A stretch of DNA of 64,000 nucleotides from Eledone cirrhosa. Taxonomy: Eukaryota. The translations under genes were made by a program, and so were the position numbers. Location of the stretch: positions 265,422,001 to 265,486,000 of the forward strand of contig OZ024743.1 of the NCBI GenBank assembly GCA_964016885.1, read 5' to 3'. Of this stretch, positions 54,225 through 64,000 are shown in pieces; the first letter of the stretch is position 1, and each line of letters starts with the position of its first letter. Under the pieces are notes generated by a model that was not told the origin of the DNA, ran no database searches, and saw nothing but the letters and a program-made list of their open reading frames with translations.

Positions 54225-55674
54225 CAATGTCGGACTGGAACCTAACACCACATCTAGCATCAAACACCAGAGACACACCCTATACTACATACTACATACC
54301 CAACACTAGCTGACCCATTATAACACAAACAACGACATCCCTCTGGAACCCTTCGCAGGGAAAATACCCATTTATACCTCTACGGCAGGTGTGACAACAT
54401 CCGCCCACCTGGACGGCACTACACCGCTCTAAGGGTAATTTGAGCATGAATTGATCGGTTGGATGGTGTTGGGCAGAGGAAACACCTTCCTTAGACAGAT
54501 GTAAAATGATTTAATCGAGTAGCGCTGTTGACCAGTAGGACCAGGCTGCTGAGCGCAGTGAGTGAATGCAATGCAACTGCCGTGCGGGTTGTACGTATAT
54601 GGATGATCTGACGGTCAGAGAAGGGTCGCGAGGACTGCGGATTGACCTTTGGCCTGCCTGGGGATGATTATCTTTCGACATCCAATGTAGCAAGCGATGA
54701 CCCAGATCTTACCAGAGATCATTGGGTCCTGAAGCAATCCTGCAATCACCGCGCCTGGTCATATGAGCAGACTACAACCACAGAGATCATTAATTTAGAA
54801 TCCTCGCTCATCATCTATAATTTCCATTTGTAGCACCTTAAGATGGGTTAATCCACCTTAATAATAATATGATCACCTTCAGCATAATTTAGTTAAACTA
54901 CTCTATAGTTAGTACACTTTATGCTTTAAAAGTCTCTCTTGGAAGGTGCACCTCACCATAGAATTCAGGGTCTATATTGGGACACATTTTAATGGCTAGA
55001 TATAGAAACCCCAGAGTTACCTCCCCGCATGCATTAACTCCCCTTAGCCACACACACACTTCCGGTATTCAATGGCGTCTCTCGAAACGTAACAACCTCC
55101 TGTATCGAACTAAAGAACACCAGACTACGATCTCTAACTGGATTGTCGTGGATTATGTGAAAGGCATATAATCGAAATATACACTCCCTTGACCATGAAA
55201 ATACCGAAGTACATGAATTACTTGACATCCCTGCGCTGTGCATCTCCAATACTTATAACACTTTTAATGCTTGCACTATCTTTAATGCTCATAATATTTC
55301 TCCACACACAGACTATATCAATCATATAAAGACTTTGCCACCAGATCTACCAACCTAACACTCTTATTTACCTACCTAAGTGCCTCTACCACACATATCT
55401 CTCTGCCACACTATATAAACAAGACGCACATGCGTGCCACACATATAACATTTGCACTATATAACCACTTATCTTCATGTTGTACTTTAACCTATATCTT
55501 TGATTTTTGATTGTACCTATTAATATAAATGTAATCTCGAAGTGTGTACTGCCACTCTAAATTCTGTAATGAATGTTGACCCACAATGTTTGAATATGTA
55601 TCAATGTTTGAATATGTATTGGTATGTCTCTCGGCTGAAGGGGAGGTCATATAACTGTCCATGCATTAATAAAT

Positions 55675-55721
55675 TGCTCCGAAGAACCCAAACCTCGGTT
55701 TGGAGGAAACAGCTGTAAGCA
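55675..55721 (+). ncRNA. Hammerhead-like motif in the 3' pLTR
   Basis: Identical to 51469-51515 (offset 4206). Confidence 0.6.
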
Positions 55722-56020
55722 CAATAATGTTTTGAACAGTTCTTTGATTCTTATATTTCATATAACTGCTCTGTAAATCATCTGATGTTTTTACATTGAG
55801 CTACTTAACTTACTGGTAATAAGGTAGTAATACATTACTGCCTACCACTATTTAGGGTGTGTGTAAAATACTTACAACTGCTTAAGGTTTTGTGTTTACA
55901 TAACCATAAATAGTATAACTAATACATATGTATATATATATATATACATATGTATATATATATATACATATGTATATATATATATACACATGTATATGTA
56001 TATATATATATATATATATA

Positions 56021-56463
56021 GGAGCTCTTAAGAGTCAATGGCCATCCAAAATCACCGGGAGAGATGACCCCTTAGCCTTTGTCAAGGCAGAATTCTAGGA
56101 GAAGGAAAACTCTGATATAACACCTGCAACCCTGATGGTATCCAATGATGTTGACTTGTTCTTCTTTTTGGTAAATATCATCTTGGTTAAGAGAGTGGGA
56201 CTGGCTTTGTGCAGTGCCTTTGCTCACTATAAAAGCTTCACGGCACAGGCATTGCTTTATATCTGGAGATCTCTCTGCACTTGTCGTCACATGGTACCAT
56301 GGGCCCAACACTATGTGTCAATAATTGTCACAAGTGTAGTCTTTGTACCAGAGTTTTCAAGTCGCTGGCTGGACTAAAAAGTCACTCGTTCAGCGCATCA
56401 GTAGGGGTACTCCTACATGGATATAAAGTAGTGGCCGTACTCGAAAACGAGTTGGCAGCCACC
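56021..56463 (+). mobile_element. Short RTE-derived non-autonomous element, 5'-truncated copy
   Basis: Near-identical to 58175-58619, with a [18 protein letters not shown]2H2-like remnant, a 3' hairpin ctcg-aaaa-cgag and TA flanks. Confidence 0.7.
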
Positions 56464-56554
56464 ATATATATGTATGTATGTATGTATATGTATTTATATG
56501 TGTATGTTTGTATATGTATGTATGTATATGTATATATATATGTATGTATGTATG

Positions 56555-56625
<71 letters not shown>

Positions 56626-56663
56626 ATATATGTATATATATATATATATGTATGTATATATAT

Positions 56664-56697
<34 letters not shown>

Positions 56698-56770
56698 GTA
56701 TATGTATGTATATATATATGTATATATATGTATATGTATGTATATGTATATATATATGTATGTATGTATG

Positions 56771-56803
<33 letters not shown>

Positions 56804-56886
56804 ATATATATATATATGTGTATATGTATGTATATATGTGTATATATGTATGTATGTATGTATATATATATATATATGTATGTATG

Positions 56887-56921
<35 letters not shown>

Positions 56922-56922
56922 G

Positions 56923-57013
<91 letters not shown>

Positions 57014-57114
57014 ATATATATATATATATATGTATGTATATATATATATATATGTATGTATGTATGTATATATATATATGTATGTATGTATATATATGTA
57101 TGTATGTATGTATG

Positions 57115-57146
<32 letters not shown>

Positions 57147-57430
57147 TATGTATGTATGTATGTATGTATATGTATGTATGTATGTATGTATGTATATATA
57201 TATATGTATGTATGTATATATATATATGTATGTATGTATGTATATATATATATATGTATGTATGTATATGTCTATATATATATATATGTATGTATGTATA
57301 TGTCTATGTATATATATATGTATGTATGTATATGTCTATATATATATATATGTATGTATGTATGTATATGCATATATATATATATATATATGTATGTATA
57401 TATATACATATATGTATATGTATATGTATG

Positions 57431-57461
<31 letters not shown>

Positions 57462-57514
57462 ATATATATATATATATATGTATGTATATATATGTATATA
57501 TGTGTATATGTATG

Positions 57515-57545
<31 letters not shown>

Positions 57546-57766
57546 ATATATATATATATGTATGTATATGTGTGTATATATGTATGTATATGTATATATA
57601 TATATGTATGTATATATATATGTATGTATGTATATGTATATATATATATATATGTATGTATGTATATATATATATATGTATGTATGTATGTGTATATATA
57701 TATGTATGTATGTATGTATATATATATATATATGTATGTATATATATATATATGTATGTATGTATG

Positions 57767-57833
<67 letters not shown>

Positions 57834-57854
57834 GTATATATGTGTATATGTATG

Positions 57855-57885
<31 letters not shown>

Positions 57886-58011
57886 GTATGTGTATATGTA
57901 TATATATATATATGTATGTATGTGTGTGTGTATGTATATATGTATATATATATATATATATATGTATGTATATGTATATATATATATGTATGTATGTATA
58001 TATATATATAT
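56464..58011. repeat. (TATG)n/(TA)n array
   Basis: Directly visible. It is richer in TATG than the neighbouring arrays. Confidence 0.97.
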
Positions 58012-58619
58012 GTCAGGTCACCAGTTGGTGCTACTGGTAACATGTATCCCAGTACAACCTGTGCCATGGTCGGGTCGTTGGCGACTAAACTGGCAACCCC
58101 ACCAAGGTTTCTTGGTGAGGAGGGTGACTTTGGACATCCTGCAGGACTAAAAACAAAACCTGTCAAAGGGCAAAGGAGCTCTTAAGAGTCAATGGCCATC
58201 CAAAATCACCGGGAGAGATGACCCCTTAGCCTTTGTCAAGGCAGAATTCTAGGAGAAGGAAAACTCTGATATAACACCTGCAACCCTGATGGTATCCAAT
58301 GATGTTGACTTGTTCTTCTTTTTGGTAAATATCATCTTGGTTAAGAGAGTGGGACTGGCTTTGTGCAGTGCCTTTGCTCACTATAAAAGCTTCACGGCAC
58401 AGGCATTGCTTTATATCTGGAGATCTCTCTGCACTTGTCGTCACATGGTACCATGGGCCCAGCACTATGTGTCAGTAATTGTCACAAGTGTAGTGTTTGT
58501 ACCAGAGTTTTCAAGTCGCTGGCTGGACTAAAAAGTCACACTCGTTCAGCGCATCGGTAGGGGTTCTCCTACATGGATATAAAGTAGTGGCCGTACTCGA
58601 AAACGAGTTGGCAGCCACC
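58012..58619 (+). mobile_element. Short RTE-derived non-autonomous element (5' UTR-like + 3' end), ~608 bp
   Basis: 5' motifs ggcgactaaactggcaacc and ctaggagaaggaaaactctga resemble RTE 5' UTRs. The 3' part has a zinc-finger remnant and a hairpin, and there is no RT. Confidence 0.68.
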
Positions 58620-58662
58620 ATATATATATATATACATATGTATATATATATATGTGTATATA

Positions 58663-58703
<41 letters not shown>

Positions 58704-58858
58704 TTATGTATATATATGTGTATATATATATATATATACATATGTATATATATGTGTATATATATATATATATATATACATATGTATATATATATATATA
58801 TATACATATGTATATATATATATATATATACATATGTATATATATATATATACATATG

Positions 58859-58917
<59 letters not shown>

Positions 58918-58998
58918 GTATATATATATATATATATATACATATGTATATATATATATATATATATACATATGTATATATATATATATATACATATG

Positions 58999-59029
<31 letters not shown>

Positions 59030-59099
59030 GTATATATATATATATACATATATATATACATATGTATATATAAATATATATATATATATATATTTATAC

Positions 59100-59130
<31 letters not shown>

Positions 59131-59333
59131 CATACATATGTATATATATATGTATGTATATATACATATGTATATATATATATATACATACATATGTATA
59201 TATATATGTATGTATATATACATATGTATATATATATATATGTATATATACATATGTATATATATATATATATATACATATGTATATATATATATATATA
59301 TACATATGTATATATATATGTATGTATATATAC

Positions 59334-59369
<36 letters not shown>

Positions 59370-59410
59370 CTATATACACACACATTTATATATATATACA
59401 TATATATATA
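58620..59410. repeat. Interrupted (TA)n/(CATATG) array
   Basis: Directly visible. The first ~200 bp repeat the interruption pattern of 47190-47400. Confidence 0.97.
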
Positions 59411-60068
59411 ACATTGAAAAAGTGGAGAATAACATGATCAACAGTATAAAAAAGGAGATTTATATACAGTTCAATAATTGTTTCACTGATAGAGTTGTTT
59501 AAAAATTGCTAAACACTTAAAGTGGTGCCACTCAATTTAAAACACATGTTAGCCCCATCATATCTTCAGAGACTGTGAAAAAATATAAATACATGTGTAC
59601 CCAGCAAATTTACAAATTCAAATTACCAAAGCAATAATAATATTAATAATAAAGAAATAGATAGAAAAAAAGGAAGGGGGATAGATATAATAAAGGTGGT
59701 GGTGGTGTTGGTGGTGAAGGAAGGGAAGAAGAAAGACGAAGAAGGAAAAAGAAAAGAGATAGAGAAAGACGAAGAAGGAAAACGTAAAAGAGATAGAGAA
59801 AGAAGAAGAAGAGGAGAAATTTATTACAGCTAAAAATCACACGTATAGAATATGATAGAGAAACACAAGTAGAGATATCGTAGTATAGAGAGAAGAATGA
59901 AGATGGACAAACAGACGAGTATGATAGACAAACACAAGTAGAAACAAGATGGAAAGAAAAGGGAGAGGGGCAATAAATGAATAAACGTTAATACATGAAT
60001 AAATGTAAGTAAAAATAAAGATAGATATATAGGAATATATTAGGAAATGAATAAAATATATATTTAAA

Positions 60069-60106
<38 letters not shown>

Positions 60107-60640
60107 GATAGATAAATAAATAAGTAAATACATAAATAAGTAAATAAATTAATAAATAAATAATTAAATAAATAAATAAATAGCTAAATAAATAAATTAC
60201 TTCTAAATTAATATAAAACGGTATAATGTGAAAAGTGAAGACGAACATAAATAAATAGATGTGTAAACATGTACGGAGAATATTTAAACATATTAAGATT
60301 ATTGAGAATAGTTTTTGATAATTGTTAAATATATGGATAAATATTAAGTTGAAAATATGATAATCATTATCTATAAAAGGCAGATTGTTGTTGTGTGTGT
60401 TAGTCTTTACATGTTCCGTGTATATACATTTGCACAATTTCAAGCCGACTCGACTCAGAGATGTAAGAATGTTGTAAATGGTCGAACTTAGGTCAACGAC
60501 TAATTATTTCATTCAATCTCACACACAATTACGGAAATAATCGATAAAACTAAATACATGACGCCAACCCCTCTAATATAATCTGATTACCTCTCTCTAC
60601 TCCCCTTAAATTCGATAAAACTACATACATGCTGAAACTT

Positions 60641-60747
60641 TCTCTTATATAAGCTTAAACTTACAAACTTCCTTTAGGAACGCCGAAGAAAGAAGAGAGA
60701 AAGAAATGAAGGAGAGAAAGAGAGAGAGGAGAGTGAGAGAGAGAAAT

Positions 60748-60784
<37 letters not shown>

Positions 60785-61394
60785 GAGAGAGAGAGAGAGA
60801 GAACGTTTGGTTATGAGTGTGGAACGGTCAAACATTTATTTACTTCAATGACAAAGAGAACTTATTACATTTCATACGAAACAACAATTATTCAAAAGCA
60901 ACAGATAAATATATTCAACAACACAAAAATAGTGATAAATCTTTTTTAAAACATCTCTCAACGAACGTGGAAGGAAGAATTATCAGTTTATTTCTATACA
61001 CAATAATATCCTCTATGACGTCACTAAACCTGCTAGAAACAGCAGCTAACTCTCCCCCATATCACACTGCTTCCTACTGTCTTAAATTTAGAAAACACAC
61101 ATTAGACAACCATCCAGAACAACTCCATCGCAGCTCTGTTGTTCGGCTGGCATGGTCTACGCGCGCATTGCTCAAGTACTGTGAAACAATAAATTTCAAC
61201 ACTTCTTTGCACAGAGATAATATCCATAGACGAAAGTAGAATTGTCACTGCTGGCGCAGCTCCTGCTTCGGCAGTCCAGGTCTGCAATTCATTCACCCAG
61301 TGCCTGGCAGACAAAAAAGTGCTGCCATAAAATGGGTGGTGCAACCTAACTTTGGTAACTTATGAACCCGGGCAACGCCGGGTTTTAATGCTAG
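60641..61394 (+). mobile_element. Probable non-autonomous Helitron
   Basis: A 3' hairpin aacccgg-gcaacg-ccgggtt (61365-61384) is followed by CTAG|T. The 5' TC start at 60641 is tentative. There is an internal (GA)n tract. Confidence 0.55.
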
Positions 61395-61659
61395 TGTTAA
61401 ATATATTTATGTGTGTATTGGTTATTTCAATAAGTAAATTAAGTAGTTTTAAGATATATTATATGATAAGATAAAATGACAGACATGAAATAAGTTTAGG
61501 GAGAGAAATACAAAGACAGAGAGTGAAAGATAGAGATATATAAAATAAGAATGTAAATATCAGAGGTTTTGATATTTGGTAATTATAATGGCGAAGGTGC
61601 TGCTGATAATGTGATATCGTAGTAGATCCAAATTGTACAAACAGGGTTATGGAATAGAT

Positions 61660-64000
61660 AAGATGGAAATAAGTTGGTCTAAAGTTTTCGAATTTCGTTG
61701 CTGATTTATGTCGACGAAAAATAATTCGTTCAATTTTACTGTTAAGAAGAATTTTGTTGAAATCTAGAATTTTGAAAAGTTCCATATTACAGAGACAAAC
61801 ATGGGACATACCAATTTGATAGGCCCTTGCTTTTGATAGTTTTATCCAGCTGATTTCATATTCTATGTTTGCATTCTTAAGTTGCCAGATTTTATTGGCG
61901 AGAGTTGTTGTATTCGAGAGATTCTAGTTAGTCATAGAATGTCTGTGTACGTACCACCTTTTCTTAAATTCACCAGCTGTGGAACCAATGTACGACCATG
62001 CCAAGCTACCCCAATTTATAGTACATAGGTATACTATATTTGTCTCTAGGCATCTGCTTTGTAAATGGCATTTGTCAGGTATATGGCAGTTACATTTAGA
62101 TGCTTTACTATGCGCCGGTTCTACTATATGGTTTTGTAGGTTGCTCTGTATGTGCTGCGAATTGGGTTTGTTGATGTATTGTGGTGGTGTGTTCTGGCGT
62201 GTGTTTGGTTGCGATGATCTTATATGCTTATGTTTTGTAATTGGTGTTATGGTACTTATTTGCGGCTACTTGAATTATAAATTCTTTTATAGTTAATTTT
62301 ATGAATGTACGATTCTATGTTGTTGGCAGTGGAGTATGATAGTTTGATAGTTTTTCTATTAAAGATTTTATGATATTTATGGATTTGAGGGAAGTGTTTG
62401 TCAACTAATTTGAAGAAAGTGAAAGGTAGCTTAGTTTTTTATAGAGGAGTCAACCATTGGATTAAACCATAAGTAGTTTCTATTTCTGCATCTTCTATGG
62501 TTATTAGTGGTTTTTATATTAGCATTCTGTTCATTTAAATTAAGTGTCTGCTGCCAATTTCTATGTTTAGTCCTAGGTTTGTTGTTTCTATAGGGGTGGA
62601 TAGTGTTATTAATATTAAGTGTTTTGCTATTTTTTGTATCTGGTATATATTTGAGTCGCTATTTATGGCCTGCCTTAAGTAAAGCTATGTTGTAGTAGTT
62701 AGTGTGTTTGTTAAACAATTCCAGGTTAGAAGATAGGCGCGAGATTCTAAGGGATATACTAGGTGCTATGGAGTTAATTATGGATCTAGGTAGTTAGGGT
62801 TATAATCAATGTAAGCTAAATGTTCATTATTTTTATGGAAGGGTTCTATTAGTCCTGAGTTAAGGTTGAACGATACATTCAAGAAGTTGACTCTTTTAGA
62901 GTTGGGTTCAAAGGTAATGCTAAGGCCTAAATCATTAAAGAATGTTCTAATCTTTTTCCTTAATCTTTCTAGGTTTTGATTATTTAAGTTTCTAGCTAAA
63001 AGTAGTGTATCGTCTCTACAGATTCCTCCTTGTAGATTATCAAATTCTCTATGTAAGAAATGTGCTATATAAATTCCAAACAAGTCTGTGATTTGGGCTG
63101 AGTCATTTGATCCCATAGTTATATCGAAGTTATTCTGTCTATGTTTACGCTCCCAGTAGCTATTGTCGAATTTAATTATTGTACTTCTAGTGGCTAGTAT
63201 TAATTCAATTTCATCTGGTGAAAGATCAGAGTTTTCTGTGCAAAGGGTAGTGCCTTATTTAGGGTAACTGGGGAAATAGAAGAGTAGTAGTCATTTACGT
63301 CAAATTGTATAAGGTCGGGAGATTATCTATTGTCTAATCTATTAAACCAATCTATTGCTTCATTTGTATTACCCCAGAGCTTGATTATTAGTTGTTCTTT
63401 AATTTGTGGTATTATTCTATCTAGTAAAAACTTACTAATTCTGCCTATATCTGATTTTGATGGACATATTAATCTAATAGTGGGTTTAGTTTCGAAATAT
63501 CATTTATGATCCTTCAGAATAAAAGTGGGTCCACAAGGGGTTAAAGGTTCGGTTCTATCGGCTATTTTAATTTTGTTTACTATGTTAAGACCTTCCTTGT
63601 TAATGCTATTGAGTGCAGACTCTGTAGTTTTCTTGTATTTTTTATGTAATTCCCGGCGTATACAATTGTTGTATGTATTAAGGCTCATGGTGTAAACATT
63701 AGATGTTGTGTCTGCCTTTACTATGATACCATTGGTAGTACGTATTTCTTTTATTAGTACATTGATGTTATTTTGCAGTTTGTTGTGATGTGTTCGTTTT
63801 TTGAATTTAATTTATTTTATCGTGTTCATGAGATCAAGTTCAAAGGCATTAAGTTGTGGGTTGCTTGGTGGATTTTTGCAGGATCTAAACCCATACTTTT
63901 CACTGGTGGATCCATTATTTCTATCACTATTATGTCCTTGATCTTATGATATGCTTTCCATCTCATTCTACGGATAAAGTCATTAGTTCTTTGTATAATG
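61660..64000 (-). mobile_element. Second Penelope-like element of the same type, decayed, running off the window
   Basis: LKDHK, LICPSKSDIGRISK, LWGNT, MGSNDSAQITDL, ICRDD, VNFLN, CNCHIPDKCHLQSRC, IVY..YIGST and LLNSK, with frameshifts. Confidence 0.9.

Larger units (their letters stand above)
49939..55925 (+). mobile_element. Penelope-like element (C-terminal GIY-YIG, Hydra-clade-like) with inverted + direct pseudo-LTRs
   Basis: 49939-50964 is the reverse complement of 54738-55763, and 50964-51719 is a direct repeat of 55170-55925. The ORF spans 51765-54224, and (TA)n lies on both sides. Confidence 0.93.

Overview
This is eukaryotic, AT-rich, repeat-saturated DNA with no recognisable host gene. 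The SINE motif 'gagttcaaatcccgccgaggttgactttgcctttcatcc' and the (TA)n/(TG)n load suggest an octopus or other cephalopod genome (inference). The window is organised around two kinds of microsatellite landing pad. (1) At 6.8-30.3 kb, three near full-length Tx1/L1-clade LINEs (APE-RT) and seven R4/Dong-clade LINE pieces (RT-REL) are almost all joined through (AAT)n/(ATT)n tracts. The two clades always lie in opposite orientation relative to the repeat. (2) At 40.8-59.4 kb, a (TA)n megasatellite carries a tandem duplication of a 5'-truncated CR1-group LINE, a nearly intact Penelope-like element (RT + C-terminal GIY-YIG, inverted + direct pseudo-LTRs, hammerhead-like motifs) and two short RTE-derived elements. 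Also present are mariner, hAT and Helitron-like remnants, further Penelope-like remnants with hammerhead motifs, SINEs and a perfect GC-rich palindrome. The YIYI/CVCV/IIII ORFs in the track are microsatellite artefacts. All family calls come from motifs read by eye; no database search was run.
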